Source: Candidatus Magasanikbacteria bacterium CG1_02_41_34 (GTDB taxonomy: Bacteria; Patescibacteriota; Patescibacteriia; Magasanikbacterales; UBA922). Taken from it: a stretch of 64,000 nt of DNA. Shown in pieces: positions 26,537 to 37,636 of this stretch. Numbering within the stretch: position 1 is the stretch's first letter; each line of letters opens with the position of its first letter. The notes beneath the pieces were generated by a model that worked only from the letters and a program-made list of their open reading frames with translations, did not search any database and had not been told where the DNA came from. The stretch lies in contig MNVD01000025.1 of NCBI GenBank assembly GCA_001871445.1, forward strand, positions 8,808 through 72,807, in the 5' to 3' direction. The translations under genes and the position numbers were made by a program.

Positions 26537-29005
26537 ATGGCACGAAAAAAACAACAACCAGAACCAAACTTTGATCCTACACTTTCACGAGGGATCATCG
26601 CGATCCTTCTTGTGATCCTCGCACTCATTATTACCCTGAGCTTTTTTGGTGGTGCAAGTACTGTTGGCGTGGTACTCAATGAATGGATTCTTGCCTTTCT
26701 TTTTGGATCCATGCGATTTGCGACACCTATTATCTTACTGATATTTGCCTGGTTTATATTGAAAGATAATCGATACGACTATCACCCTACGCATGGCATC
26801 GGTGCGGTACTCTTTTTTCTCACACTTTCGAGTCTCATGCACATGGGCTTTCCGGCTGTTGATATGTGGCGAGAGGCGCTCGCAGGTGGCGGTGGCGGCG
26901 TTTTTGGTATGCTTGCCTGGCCACTAAAAACATACCTAGGGAGTATTGGCAGTATTATTCTTCTCATTGGTCTTGCCCTGGTATCACTTATTTTATTATT
27001 TAATACTGCCATTCTTCATTTCTTTTCTCTTCACAAAAAAATATTAGCAGGACTTGGATTTGTAGGGGAATTTATAAAACAACAAGTACATGCTGATGGC
27101 AATGATGATGAAACAGAAGATCCTTACATGGATGACGAAGAGGAAACATCACCACAAGCTCGAAGATTTTCTGCAAGACATATTGCAGGTGATGAAGAAG
27201 AGGAAAAGAATACTGATGATGCAGATACTGAAGATGAAGAGGGGGATAACACAGAAGAAGAACCTATACATCGTGCACCAAAAACGCATGTTGTTGCAGC
27301 AGAGGATGAAATCCCCGACTGGGCAAAACATGTAGTTATCAAAGCACCCCCAAAAATTACATTACTCAAAACAAGCAAATCAAAACCAACGAGTGGTGAT
27401 ATAAAAGCTAATGAAGCAACAATCCGGGATACACTTGCTGAGTTTAATATTGAGGTAGACATGGGTGAGGTCCGTGTAGGACCGACAGTCACACAGTATT
27501 CACTCAAACCTTCTAAGGGGGTAAAAATTTCTCGCATCACAGCACTGTCAAATGATCTTGCACTCGCACTTGCTGCACATCCTATTCGTATTGAAGCACC
27601 AATCCCTGGAAAATCTCTTGTTGGTATAGAAGTACCGAATGAAAAAGCAGCGATGGTGACCTTCAAAGAACTGCTCGAATCAAAAGAATATGCAACTCGT
27701 CCACATGACATGATGTTTGCACTGGGAAAAGATGTTGGTGGAAAAATTTGGGTAGCAGATTTGCCAAAGATGCCACATCTCTTGGTAGCAGGTGCGACAG
27801 GATCTGGAAAGACTGTCTGTGTCAATACGATCATCATGTCACTGTTGTTTCAGAATACTGCAGAAACATTGCGCTTTATCATGGTAGATCCAAAACGTGT
27901 AGAATTGACACTCTACAATGGCATTCCACATCTTCTCACTCCTGTTATTACCAATTCACAAGATACTGTGAATGCACTCAAGTGGACGATCTCAGAAATG
28001 GATAGACGCTTTGAATTACTCTCAAAAGCAGGCAATCGCGATATCGGGACATACAATGAAGCTCATCCACACACAAAAATTCCATATCTTGTCTTTGTTA
28101 TAGACGAGCTGGCCGATCTCATGGCAACAGCGGGCAATGAAGTCGAAGCAGGAATTATTCGTATTGCACAGATGGCACGTGCTGTAGGTATTCATCTTAT
28201 TGTTGCAACACAGCGACCAAGTGTCGATGTCATTACTGGACTCATGAAAGCAAACATTCCTGGTCGTATTGCTTTTTCCGTTGCTTCTGTCACAGACTCA
28301 CGAACAATTCTCGATGCAGCAGGTGCTGATAAACTTCTTGGCCGTGGAGATATGCTTTTTTCTACAGCATCACTCAGTAAACCTGTTCGTATCCAGGGCG
28401 CATTCATTACAGAAGAAGAAATGAAGAATGTCGTGTCATATTTGAAAGGTGGCACAAAACCAACATATGACGAATCCATTATTCAAAGACAAAAAAATGG
28501 TACTGCGAGCATGTTTGGTGGTCCAGCAGATGACCAAGATCCATTGTTTAACGATGCTCAGGAAATAATATTGCAAGCTGGCAAAGCAAGCGCATCTTTT
28601 CTCCAACGACACCTTCGCGTAGGATATGCTCGAGCTGCTCGGATTCTGGATGAACTCGAAGAAGCTGGTATCATAGGTCCAGCCGATGGATCAAAACCTC
28701 GTGAAGTTCTCGTGACAGAAAAGCAAGTTCCGAGTACTATGGGTATGGGACAAGAATTCAACGTTTTTGAAGATGATACTGAGACAGATGAGGGTAGTGA
28801 TGAAGAAGAAACCGATGCAACGTTTGTTGAATATGAAGATGAAGAAGAAACAGAAGAAGAAATAGATGACAAGGCAAATCCAGATGAAGAAACCAATGAG
28901 GCGGATAGTGAAGAAGAAGAAGATAGCAATGAAGATGATGAGACAGATGAGGAACTTCTCGAGGAAGAATTGGAGGAAGATGCTGATCAAAAATTCTTTA
29001 AATAA
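26537..29005 (+). CDS. ftsK: DNA translocase FtsK/SpoIIIE with a roughly 90-aa poly-acidic C-terminal tail
   Basis: N-terminal TM helices. Motor domain with Walker A LVAGATGSGKTVCVN. The gamma-domain-like region is followed by a D/E-rich tail. Confidence 0.9.
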   Translation: MARKKQQPEPNFDPTLSRGIIAILLVILALIITLSFFGGASTVGVVLNEWILAFLFGSMRFATPIILLIFAWFILKDNRYDYHPTHGIGAVLFFLTLSSLMHMGFPAVDMWREALAGGGGGVFGMLAWPLKTYLGSIGSIILLIGLALVSLILLFNTAILHFFSLHKKILAGLGFVGEFIKQQVHADGNDDETEDPYMDDEEETSPQARRFSARHIAGDEEEEKNTDDADTEDEEGDNTEEEPIHRAPKTHVVAAEDEIPDWAKHVVIKAPPKITLLKTSKSKPTSGDIKANEATIRDTLAEFNIEVDMGEVRVGPTVTQYSLKPSKGVKISRITALSNDLALALAAHPIRIEAPIPGKSLVGIEVPNEKAAMVTFKELLESKEYATRPHDMMFALGKDVGGKIWVADLPKMPHLLVAGATGSGKTVCVNTIIMSLLFQNTAETLRFIMVDPKRVELTLYNGIPHLLTPVITNSQDTVNALKWTISEMDRRFELLSKAGNRDIGTYNEAHPHTKIPYLVFVIDELADLMATAGNEVEAGIIRIAQMARAVGIHLIVATQRPSVDVITGLMKANIPGRIAFSVASVTDSRTILDAAGADKLLGRGDMLFSTASLSKPVRIQGAFITEEEMKNVVSYLKGGTKPTYDESIIQRQKNGTASMFGGPADDQDPLFNDAQEIILQAGKASASFLQRHLRVGYARAARILDELEEAGIIGPADGSKPREVLVTEKQVPSTMGMGQEFNVFEDDTETDEGSDEEETDATFVEYEDEEETEEEIDDKANPDEETNEADSEEEEDSNEDDETDEELLEEELEEDADQKFFK

Positions 29006-29043
29006 AAGAATACTGAACCCAGATAACGAAGAAGGAAAGGTGT

Positions 29044-29766
29044 ATGACTGCATTCACAAGAAAAAAAATAGAAGATACACATCGTGTTTGTTTCCGCCTC
29101 AAAGAGGCGCGCGAAGCAGCAGGTTTTTCTATTGAACAAATGTCTGAAAAAACAAAATTGAGTAAGACCTACATCAAGGCTCTTGAGACATGTGAATTCC
29201 AGAATCTTCCAACTGGCACAGTGTACCAAAAAAACTTTATCAAAAGATATTTGTCGGTGCTCGATATTCCATCGACATCATATATACAACAATTTCTCAT
29301 CGAGGAAGGGTATGAACAAACAAAACATGAACCACAACTCCAAGCACATCCACACAAACCAAAATCTTTTCTTGCATTTCATGCATTACCCGGTGTAATG
29401 AAATATCTTGGTATAGCCTTTGTGTTACTTTCTGTTTTGGGATATCTCGGATGGCAAGTAAACCGTATTTTGGAACCACCACAACTCACACTCATCTCAC
29501 CTGAAGATGGCCATATCACGAGTGATGAACAAATCACTATCCGTGGACTTTCTGACCCAGAGACTGATATTACTATCAATGGCAAAGGTGTGTCATATAC
29601 AAAAGAAGGACAATTTGAGCAAGCGCTCGACCTGGTTGAAGGCGTCAATACTATCGTCGTAGAAGCGACAAAAAAACATGGGCAAAAAACCACAGAAACT
29701 CGCTATGTCACCCAAAGAAAAATTCAACAAATTTCTGTGGAAACCTCTGGAGAAACAAGGAGTTGA
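29044..29766 (+). CDS. RodZ-like HTH (XRE) membrane protein
   Basis: N-terminal HTH (FRLKEAREAAGFSIEQMSEKTKLSKTYIKALE), a single TM (LGIAFVLLSVLGYLGW) and an extracytoplasmic C-terminal domain. Confidence 0.55.
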   Translation: MTAFTRKKIEDTHRVCFRLKEAREAAGFSIEQMSEKTKLSKTYIKALETCEFQNLPTGTVYQKNFIKRYLSVLDIPSTSYIQQFLIEEGYEQTKHEPQLQAHPHKPKSFLAFHALPGVMKYLGIAFVLLSVLGYLGWQVNRILEPPQLTLISPEDGHITSDEQITIRGLSDPETDITINGKGVSYTKEGQFEQALDLVEGVNTIVVEATKKHGQKTTETRYVTQRKIQQISVETSGETRS

Positions 29767-29795
29767 CCAAGCGGTAAAAACCCAGTATTCTACCA

Positions 29796-29818
29796 GTAGA
29801 GCATAAAGCTCTATTTTT
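29796..29818 (+). terminator. Small terminator-like hairpin plus T-run
   Basis: tagagc ataaa gctcta ttttt. Confidence 0.4.
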
Positions 29819-29863
29819 AGACCCTCACACGCCTGTCATGATAACACTTAACATTCCAAAGGT

Positions 29864-30928
29864 ATGGCAAAGACAACCGAAGAAATGCAAGGAAAAATGA
29901 AAGCTGCGGAAAGTGCAATAGAACAAATAAAACAAAAATATGGAGAGAGTGCCATTATGAAATTTGGCGAAGCTCCATCCTCCGATGTAGATGTAGTATC
30001 CACAGGATCTATTTCTCTCGATATTGCCCTTGGTATTGGGGGTGTACCACGTGGACGTATTATTGAAATTTTTGGGCCAGAAGCAAGTGGAAAGACAACA
30101 CTCGCACAACACATTATTGCGGAGGTACAAAAAGAAGGTGGTATTGCAGCCTTTATCGATGCAGAGCATGCACTCGATCCAGAGTATGCAAAAAAAATCG
30201 GTGTCCAAGTAAAAGACATGCTCATCTCACAACCAGACAATGGAGAGCAAGCACTCGAAATTCTTGAAACACTTGTCCGTTCAAATGCTGTAGACGTCGT
30301 CGTCATCGATTCTGTCGCAGCACTCGTACCAAGAGCAGAAATCGAAGGAGAAATGGGTGATTCACACATGGGACTTCAAGCCAGACTTATGAGTCAGGCA
30401 CTTCGAAAGCTCACGGGTATTGTGAGTAAGAGTAAAACGATCGTAGTGTTCATCAATCAAACGCGTGTAAAGATTGGTGTATTTTTTGGCAATCCAGAAA
30501 CAACGACTGGAGGAAATGCGTTGAAATTTTACAGTTCTATTCGTATCGAAGTCCGTCGTAGTGCACAAATAAAGCAAGGAGAGACGGTGATCGGCAATAG
30601 AGTCAAAGCAAAAATTGTAAAAAATAAAGTTGCGGCTCCATTTCGTACGACGGTTTTTGACATTATGTATAATGAAGGAATTTCTGTGTCAGGAGACCTC
30701 ATCGATACAGGTATCGAATACAAAGTCGTCAATAAATCTGGCAACAGCTATAGTTACAAAGAAGAGAAATTTGGCGTTGGTCGTGAAAAAGCAAAGCAAT
30801 ATCTGAGAGAAAATCCAAAACTCATGAAACAAATTGAAAAAGATATTTGGGTAGCAGTAAAACGTGGGACAGCACCAGATGAAGAAGAAAAAAAATCTGG
30901 CGAAAAGGTGGAAGTGAATGAAGAATAG
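29864..30928 (+). CDS. recA: Recombinase RecA
   Basis: [44 protein letters not shown] is the classic RecA core. Confidence 0.96.
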   Translation: MAKTTEEMQGKMKAAESAIEQIKQKYGESAIMKFGEAPSSDVDVVSTGSISLDIALGIGGVPRGRIIEIFGPEASGKTTLAQHIIAEVQKEGGIAAFIDAEHALDPEYAKKIGVQVKDMLISQPDNGEQALEILETLVRSNAVDVVVIDSVAALVPRAEIEGEMGDSHMGLQARLMSQALRKLTGIVSKSKTIVVFINQTRVKIGVFFGNPETTTGGNALKFYSSIRIEVRRSAQIKQGETVIGNRVKAKIVKNKVAAPFRTTVFDIMYNEGISVSGDLIDTGIEYKVVNKSGNSYSYKEEKFGVGREKAKQYLRENPKLMKQIEKDIWVAVKRGTAPDEEEKKSGEKVEVNEE

Positions 30929-30943
30929 ATGAGGAAGCATGTA

Positions 30944-30980
30944 ACAAAAAACAACCCGATGATACGGGTTGTTTTTTTGA
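30944..30980. terminator. Bidirectional rho-independent terminator
   Basis: aaaaaa CAACCCG atgat ACGGGTTG ttttttt. Confidence 0.7.
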
Positions 30981-30987
30981 TCATACG

Positions 30988-31617
30988 TTATGCAGCCGAC
31001 TGTTCAAATTCGGAAAGAACTTTTAATATGATATTCAATGTTTCTTTATGTCTTTGCAAATCAGTCAACACATGAGGAAAATAATTACTGTACATAACCG
31101 TTTCATCATCACCATGTGCAGGCATTTTAGGAAATTGTGTTTCAAGTTCATTCATATGAGTAAGCGCAGGAGAATTAATCGCGGTATCAACATCTCCTAT
31201 GCACACTTCTATTTTTTGACGTATTTGTTCTATTATTTGTTTTTGAATTTTTTCTATAACGTCGGCAGATACATATTCCCCAGCAGCTTCCTTAATTTTT
31301 AACGTAACAGCTGACACGACAGCTTCTCTAGTAGGTATAAGTGTTCTACTTACATCTGTTCTTGGTACAAGACTATTCAATTCACTTAATACATCTAGGA
31401 TAGCAATCCTATGATTGTTCTCTATGTCAGACTTTTTTGCAGTCAACTGACCACGTTGCTTTTCATATTCACTAAACGAAATTTTTTCCGCTGGAGTTTC
31501 TTCTGAGCCATCTAACATTGCGATAGCAGCGATAGCATTTCTTTGTTCAGGAGTTAATGTTATGTTATTACTCAAAAACGGTTTTTTCTTTGCGTCTCCA
31601 TATGCCTGCTGTTCCAA
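30988..31617 (-). CDS. Hypothetical protein (209 aa)
   Basis: Protein-like ORF with no recognised domain. It is probably co-transcribed with 31653-33248. Confidence 0.5.
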   Translation of the reverse strand: MEQQAYGDAKKKPFLSNNITLTPEQRNAIAAIAMLDGSEETPAEKISFSEYEKQRGQLTAKKSDIENNHRIAILDVLSELNSLVPRTDVSRTLIPTREAVVSAVTLKIKEAAGEYVSADVIEKIQKQIIEQIRQKIEVCIGDVDTAINSPALTHMNELETQFPKMPAHGDDETVMYSNYFPHVLTDLQRHKETLNIILKVLSEFEQSAA

Positions 31618-31652
31618 TACATAACGTTCTATGGTTCTCGTTAGAGTACTAA

Positions 31653-33248
31653 CTAAGGTATCAAGTTCAATATGGACGTTTTAATGTCTCTATTTTGGAT
31701 GGAATCCTCTGTGTTTTTTTTAGCAGTTTTACCTACTTCAGCAGCAACTACACCGATTGCAGTGTTGATTTCCATTTCCCTTTTCTTTTGTACTTCTGCT
31801 TGACGCTCTTGGTGTTGATGCAAACGAACGGCATCATCTACTGTAGAAGAGTAAGTTTTTGATGATCTTTCTTTAAGTCTAAGTATTGGATATGAAATAG
31901 ATTCTGTAATCTTTTGAATAAATTGGTTGACATCAGGATGTTGCCCATCCGAAGATGTTTTAATTTGTTCTATTATATCAAGGAAATCCTTTTGCGTGTT
32001 TTCTGGAAATACGTCAACATCTGTCGCAGGAGCATAACTATCTTTCAATGATTCTATTGCTGCTGCAAACCTCTGTAATTCCCTTACCAATACATCACGA
32101 CCACTATTCCCTTCTGGATCTTTTTGCCAATCATCACACAATTTTCTCATCCTTTGAAACCCATCAGACCCTGAAAAAAAGTCAACGGTTTCGAGTGCAC
32201 CTCTGCCTCTTTTTTTTGACTCATCTGATCTTTCTTTATATGGTTTACTCGCGTATATAAAAGAAACTTGTTTTTTTTCTTTCACAACATCAGACATCTC
32301 TCGCATAGTCTTCCACATTTCCTCATCAGACATCTCGTCTACAATAGCCTTTATAACTTCTTCTGGCAGTTCTTCTAATACATCATTGCTTATTCCCTTA
32401 AGAGAAAAAGCCTTCTCACGAATTTGTTCTGCTATGAGTGATACAGCTCTTTTTGTATCAAATCCTTTTTTGGCAAATACTGTATCCAATGTTCTAGTAT
32501 CAAGAGCAGTACGGATACTATCCAACAATGCACTGTCTTCTGGATCTCTACCATGCTCGTTATCCCAGGCAGTTTGCTCTTTCTGTTCTAGGGCTCGTAA
32601 CTTTTCTGTTGCTTTGGCCAAAATATCTGGACGAAGATTTGACTGCTGTGCATTTTCAAAAGCTGCTTGTTGTCTTAGCAACGCTTCTGAGGGAACAAGT
32701 GGGGGAATGGGAGGTACTGTTATCTGTGAACTTTCCAGGTTAGCCCTTGTTATTTCGCGTGCGAGAGTAACTCTCTGTTGTTTTTGATATCCTTCATTTC
32801 GTTTTTCCCATGTGATATGTGACAATTCACTACTTACTTGTGTCATCAGGGTAGTCATCTTATCTCGAAAGGCAACTAATTCTTCAGGATCTGTCTCAGA
32901 TACTTCTTCCTGCGAGAGAAGACCTGTTTCAACCAATTCCTGGGTTTTTTGAATATCATTCAACTGTGCTTGTACTTTTTCTGCAAGTGCTTTCAGCTCA
33001 TCCACGATCCCATTCATAGCCTTATCAAACGCTGAAATATCCTCAGCACTGAGATCAACGGACCTAGCTCTTTCTACCATCTGAGAAATTATATTCTTTG
33101 TTTCCTCTACTTCAGTACGAAAGGCATCGGGAACAGAGAGTAACAACTCCTCCACTTGCTGATAGGTAGTATCTGGAGTTGGGAGGCTTTCTGTGTTGGG
33201 TATATGTTCTTCGGGTATACCTGGGGCATCGTGGTTTGCTCTAGTCAT
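31653..33248 (-). CDS. Hypothetical coiled-coil protein (531 aa)
   Basis: Long E/K/Q-rich helical ORF with no recognised domain. Confidence 0.5.
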   Translation of the reverse strand: MTRANHDAPGIPEEHIPNTESLPTPDTTYQQVEELLLSVPDAFRTEVEETKNIISQMVERARSVDLSAEDISAFDKAMNGIVDELKALAEKVQAQLNDIQKTQELVETGLLSQEEVSETDPEELVAFRDKMTTLMTQVSSELSHITWEKRNEGYQKQQRVTLAREITRANLESSQITVPPIPPLVPSEALLRQQAAFENAQQSNLRPDILAKATEKLRALEQKEQTAWDNEHGRDPEDSALLDSIRTALDTRTLDTVFAKKGFDTKRAVSLIAEQIREKAFSLKGISNDVLEELPEEVIKAIVDEMSDEEMWKTMREMSDVVKEKKQVSFIYASKPYKERSDESKKRGRGALETVDFFSGSDGFQRMRKLCDDWQKDPEGNSGRDVLVRELQRFAAAIESLKDSYAPATDVDVFPENTQKDFLDIIEQIKTSSDGQHPDVNQFIQKITESISYPILRLKERSSKTYSSTVDDAVRLHQHQERQAEVQKKREMEINTAIGVVAAEVGKTAKKNTEDSIQNRDIKTSILNLIP

Positions 33249-33270
33249 ATATGTATATTCAAAAACGAAA

Positions 33271-33435
33271 TTATTCCATGTCTATTATTTTCTTTTGTAT
33301 CTGTTTTTTTTCAGCTTCTTCGATCTTTTTCTTAAACGCATTTAGAGTCTTTGTTCTTTTTGTTTTTAACGAAGACATGTTTTTTTTGAAATCTGCGAGT
33401 ATGCCTGTGAGTGTTTGTTGCGTATTTTTTGCCAT
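33271..33435 (-). CDS. Possible small basic protein (54 aa, MAKNTQQTLTGILADFKKNMSSLKTKRTK...)
   Basis: A sub-60-aa ORF immediately upstream of the 531-aa gene on the same strand. It is not in the ORF track and is speculative. Confidence 0.2.
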   Translation of the reverse strand: MAKNTQQTLTGILADFKKNMSSLKTKRTKTLNAFKKKIEEAEKKQIQKKIIDME

Positions 33436-33540
33436 ATAACAAAGAATTTATGTAAAAAATATTGGAACGAATATACATTGTATGATAGCAATATATTGTT
33501 TATTTAGCAAAAAAACACGCCCGTAGGCGTACTTTTTTGC

Positions 33541-35403
33541 TTATTTATACATGAGCGCAATCCCCACCCCAGTATAGTAATATTTCAATAATGCTTTGTA
33601 ATCCAACCCTTCTTCTTTTGCACGGATATTTGCATCTCGCTGACTCATCCCCACCCCATGTCCAAACTGCAACTTTCCATCGCGAAGATCGTACGTTGCT
33701 TTGACTGGCACGAGCCATGGCTTTTCACTTCCACCCCAGACACTTTTCCAACTCTTGGTGTATCCACTACTATTTCCAAAGTATGGTGTCGTGACAACTT
33801 GTCCGTCATACATCACCATACGCCCACGAGATGCCGCTGACGCTTCTGCAATTTGCGGATTGTAGACTTCAACATTGTATCCAAGGTACAGCTGATCGTA
33901 TGTGCTTGCAAGGACATCAAAGAAAGAATACTTTCCTTTGCTGAGATACGCGTATGTTCGGGCTGCTGTAAGATTTGCTTTTACAAATTCAAATTGATTT
34001 CCTTTTCCAGTTTCAGAAATTCCTTTGACATAATCTTCAAGAAACAAATCATTCACAGCATACAACACATTATCCTTTTCTCCTTTTCGATATTCAAGTA
34101 TACCACGATATTTATTGAAATCTCCCGGACCAACCCAACTCATAGGACGTGACACATCCATGAGGGTAAAAACTGCGTGAGGATTATTCACGGGTTCAAG
34201 ACGGAGCACGCCGGTGGTCTGAAATAGAACATCACTCCCATCAAATGAGTACACTCCATCAAGATAGGTCATGATAGCAATTTTTTTCTGAGGCAATATA
34301 CCAACTTCTGCGCCGTCATTCAACACTCGATAGTCATCTTCGTATGACACAAACTGGAGTGTCTGATCATCTGTACTGATCCCAACACGAATCCGTGGCT
34401 CTTCGGCAAGTCGTGGCGTTTCTATATCAACAATTTCTACACTATTCCCAAATGAAGGTGCAACATAATTGAGCGGAGCATTTTCTGTGACATGCACACT
34501 AATATCAAATGTGTCGAGACGTTGCCCCTCAACTTGAAGACCTGCAGTGAAAGTGTAATCACCTTTTGTCTTTGGTGCTCGAAAGGTAAATGTGTGTCGA
34601 ACAATTCCACTCTGATCAACAGCATCATTTGCCGCCAGAATCACACTCCCATTTGTCCAGCTGTGATCAACAAAGCTTGTTCCTGCAGTTGCAAGTGATG
34701 TCGCTGCACCAGATGTCAATTGATAACCCTGCCATGCATTGCCGCCAGTATTTTGGTAAATCGCCACTACACTTATAGGATCTCCACCAACAGCATCTAC
34801 AGATTTTTTTGAAAGACCGATACGTTTTGCTTCGTACGTTGTAGTTGCAACAATATCTTCTGAAGTATTTTCCACAACGGTGTCCGATATTTTCACTACG
34901 TTCTTTACAACCTCTGCAGGCACTACTTGTATATCCAGATAAAAATACCCATCGCCTACCCAAGACCAATTTTCTATTGCAAGATGAAATTCTTCTTTAT
35001 AAGAACCTGTTTTCTCTGGTGCATGAAGAAAGACACCAAGCTCGCCTATCTCTCCTGGCTTTACTGTCCCTGCCATACGACCAATTTGCTTTGGTGTGTT
35101 CCAGCCAGTCCCAAAAAATACTGAATCTCTATCACGAGGCCCCATAGTATAGGCAGAAATATAATTTTTCCCTTCATTTACCCAAGATTTTGTTCCTGTA
35201 TTTTTAAACTTGATCTTTACCAACTTTGTCTCGCCTGCTTCGATGGTGAGAGGATCTGATTCTGATTGAGATACAAATGTTGCACTATATGCACTATCAC
35301 GAATACTGAGATCAGGATCAGCAGCATCAACTCGTGTTGCTGAGAGCCCCAATAGGGTTAGGGTCATGACAAAAGAAAGGAGAAAAGCAAAATATTTATT
35401 CAT
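33541..35403 (-). CDS. Secreted SpoIID/LytB-domain protein (amidase enhancer-like) with N-terminal beta-rich repeats
   Basis: Signal peptide (MNKYFAFLLSFVMTLTLLGLSATRVDAA). C-terminal motifs TAARTYAYL...TPYFGNSSGYTKSW are typical of SpoIID/LytB. Confidence 0.7.
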   Translation of the reverse strand: MNKYFAFLLSFVMTLTLLGLSATRVDAADPDLSIRDSAYSATFVSQSESDPLTIEAGETKLVKIKFKNTGTKSWVNEGKNYISAYTMGPRDRDSVFFGTGWNTPKQIGRMAGTVKPGEIGELGVFLHAPEKTGSYKEEFHLAIENWSWVGDGYFYLDIQVVPAEVVKNVVKISDTVVENTSEDIVATTTYEAKRIGLSKKSVDAVGGDPISVVAIYQNTGGNAWQGYQLTSGAATSLATAGTSFVDHSWTNGSVILAANDAVDQSGIVRHTFTFRAPKTKGDYTFTAGLQVEGQRLDTFDISVHVTENAPLNYVAPSFGNSVEIVDIETPRLAEEPRIRVGISTDDQTLQFVSYEDDYRVLNDGAEVGILPQKKIAIMTYLDGVYSFDGSDVLFQTTGVLRLEPVNNPHAVFTLMDVSRPMSWVGPGDFNKYRGILEYRKGEKDNVLYAVNDLFLEDYVKGISETGKGNQFEFVKANLTAARTYAYLSKGKYSFFDVLASTYDQLYLGYNVEVYNPQIAEASAASRGRMVMYDGQVVTTPYFGNSSGYTKSWKSVWGGSEKPWLVPVKATYDLRDGKLQFGHGVGMSQRDANIRAKEEGLDYKALLKYYYTGVGIALMYK

Positions 35404-35530
35404 AAAAAGTATTATCTTAGATATATCAGTATATCAAATTTTCAAAGAGCTTTCCAATTGCGAAAATGCGTAGAAAAAGGTAGAGTGTATATGATTCCCT
35501 CCTACAAAGGAGGAAAATTCTTCTCTTTCT

Positions 35531-36949
35531 ATGTCTACCACAAGACAAATTGCTCACAACACGGCTGCACAATTCGTAGGTAAGATCGTTTCCACAGGTC
35601 TCGGCCTTTTTGCGATCGGCATGATGACACGCTATCTTGGTACAGAACGATTTGGGTGGTATGTCACCACTATCGCATTTTTGCAATTTCTCGCCATTCT
35701 TATCGACTTTGGACTCATCCCTGTCACCGCGCAGATGATGGGAGAGAAAAAAATAGAAGAACAAACGCTCCTCCAAAATCTCCTCGGCTACCGATTTGTG
35801 ACAGCCTTTCTCTTTCTTGCACTCGCTCCTGCTCTTGCGCTTCTTTTTCCCTACCCAATCGAAGTAAAGATCGCAATCAGCTTTACCACGATCAATATGC
35901 TCGCAGTTGCCATGAATCAAATTTTTGTAGGCTACTATCAGAGCAAATTGAACATGCATTTGCAAGCAATTGGTGAAGTGATTGGGCGTATTGTCCTCGT
36001 GGGTGGACTGGCACTCATGCTCTATACCGATGCAGGATTTCTGCCTGTCATGATCGTACTCACACTTGCCAGCATTGCCTACACGGCATACATGTGGATT
36101 TCAGCATTCAGGATTGCAAAACCTGTGTTTGCGTTTGACACGAATATATGGAAAGCAATTACAAAAAAAATGTGGCCGATTGCGATTTCTATTATTTTTA
36201 ATGTCATGTATCTCAAAGGAGATACCGTTATTTTATCTCTCTATCAATCGCAGGCAGAGGTTGGTATCTATGGAGCTGCATATCGTGTCATTGATATCCT
36301 TGCGCAGATGGCAATGATGATGATGGGGCTCATGCTCCCACTCCTAGCAGGAGCGTGGGCACAAAAAAATAGCAAACGCATGCACCAGCTATATCAACAG
36401 AGCTTTGATATAATGATGCTCTTTGCTGTGCCACTGGTTCTTGGTGGTGTGATGCTTGCGACGCCCATCATGACACTCGTCGCTGGGCCAGGATATGAAC
36501 ATGCAGGCCCGATCTTGTCATTCTTACTCATCAGTACGTTTTTTCTTTATGTCGGGGCGATCTACGGGCATCTTGCTGTGGCTATTGATAAACAAAAACA
36601 AACCATGTGGATCTATATCAGCAATGCCATCATTACGGTGATTGGGTATTTTTATTTCATCCCTCGCTATGGTCTCTGGGGTGCTGCGGGCATGACACTC
36701 TTTAGCGAGGCATATGCGGGTATCATGTTATTGTTCACAGTGCGACACTATGTGAAATTGAAACTCAACATACAAACATTTGGAAAAATACTTTTTTCTG
36801 CTGTGGTCATGGCTGCTGCGATATATATATTTAGAGGTTGGCATGTCTTGATTCTCTTACCTCTCGGAGGCACTATTTATCTCGCATTTTTGTATGGGCT
36901 AGGTGCAGTGTCAAAGGAAACGATGCGAGAAATATTACACAGAAAATAA
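35531..36949 (+). CDS. MOP/Wzx-type polysaccharide (oligosaccharide) flippase
   Basis: 472 aa with about 12-14 TM helices and a polysaccharide-biosynthesis-protein-like N-terminus (AAQFVGKIVSTGLGLFAIGMMTRYLG). Confidence 0.7.
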   Translation: MSTTRQIAHNTAAQFVGKIVSTGLGLFAIGMMTRYLGTERFGWYVTTIAFLQFLAILIDFGLIPVTAQMMGEKKIEEQTLLQNLLGYRFVTAFLFLALAPALALLFPYPIEVKIAISFTTINMLAVAMNQIFVGYYQSKLNMHLQAIGEVIGRIVLVGGLALMLYTDAGFLPVMIVLTLASIAYTAYMWISAFRIAKPVFAFDTNIWKAITKKMWPIAISIIFNVMYLKGDTVILSLYQSQAEVGIYGAAYRVIDILAQMAMMMMGLMLPLLAGAWAQKNSKRMHQLYQQSFDIMMLFAVPLVLGGVMLATPIMTLVAGPGYEHAGPILSFLLISTFFLYVGAIYGHLAVAIDKQKQTMWIYISNAIITVIGYFYFIPRYGLWGAAGMTLFSEAYAGIMLLFTVRHYVKLKLNIQTFGKILFSAVVMAAAIYIFRGWHVLILLPLGGTIYLAFLYGLGAVSKETMREILHRK

Positions 36950-36952
36950 CGT

Positions 36953-37636
36953 ATGGCAAACAACATACAATATACCTGTCTTATTCCTTTTTTTAATGAG
37001 GGCAACCGCATTCTCGATACACTTTTGATCGCAACCAAAGCTCATTCATTTGCACATATTATTTGTGTCGATGACGGATCTACTGACAACATGTCAGAAA
37101 CTATCATTTCACAATTTCCGCAAGTAGAACTCATTTCTCTGTCTCAAAACAAAGGGAAAAGTTATGCAATTTTTTCAGGTCTTGAAGCTTCACATACTTC
37201 TCATGTATTCCTTCTCGATGCTGATCTTAAAGGACTCACTCCAGAGGAATTGGATCTCGCAATTACACGCTATGAAGAGCATCATCTCGACATGCTCATC
37301 CTAGGGAGAAAGGACAGTAATCTTTTTGTTCGATTAAATCGTGGAGACGTTCTTTTTTCAGGGCAAAGAATTATGAAAGCAACGGATCTTCATACTATTT
37401 TTTTGAAACAACCATCCGACTACCAACTTGAAATTGCTATCAACATGTTTATGAGACAACACAAAAAATCTGTAGCATGGATGACATCGGCAATACTCAA
37501 TACCTACAAATCACACAAATGGGGATTTATTCAGGGTGTCAAACAAGAGATAGCAATGGCATGGGATCTAGTCCATTATGCAGGTATCCGAGAATATGTG
37601 GTGCAAATCCTCACATTTTCAAAACAACAAGTATGA
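36953..37636 (+). CDS. Family 2 glycosyltransferase
   Basis: LIPFFNE...CVDDGSTD...NKGKSYA are GT2 signatures. Its stop overlaps the next start (ATGA). Confidence 0.8.
   Translation: MANNIQYTCLIPFFNEGNRILDTLLIATKAHSFAHIICVDDGSTDNMSETIISQFPQVELISLSQNKGKSYAIFSGLEASHTSHVFLLDADLKGLTPEELDLAITRYEEHHLDMLILGRKDSNLFVRLNRGDVLFSGQRIMKATDLHTIFLKQPSDYQLEIAINMFMRQHKKSVAWMTSAILNTYKSHKWGFIQGVKQEIAMAWDLVHYAGIREYVVQILTFSKQQV

Noticed and set aside
27124-27837. 237-aa minus-strand ORF inside ftsK, and the S-rich ORF 28558-28929
   Set aside because: They are antisense to the well-supported ftsK. The S-rich ORF is the complement of the poly-acidic GAA/GAT-repeat tail.
35426-35965. 179-aa minus-strand ORF overlapping the flippase start
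   Set aside because: Cys/His/Lys-rich random composition, antisense to a clear 12-TM gene.
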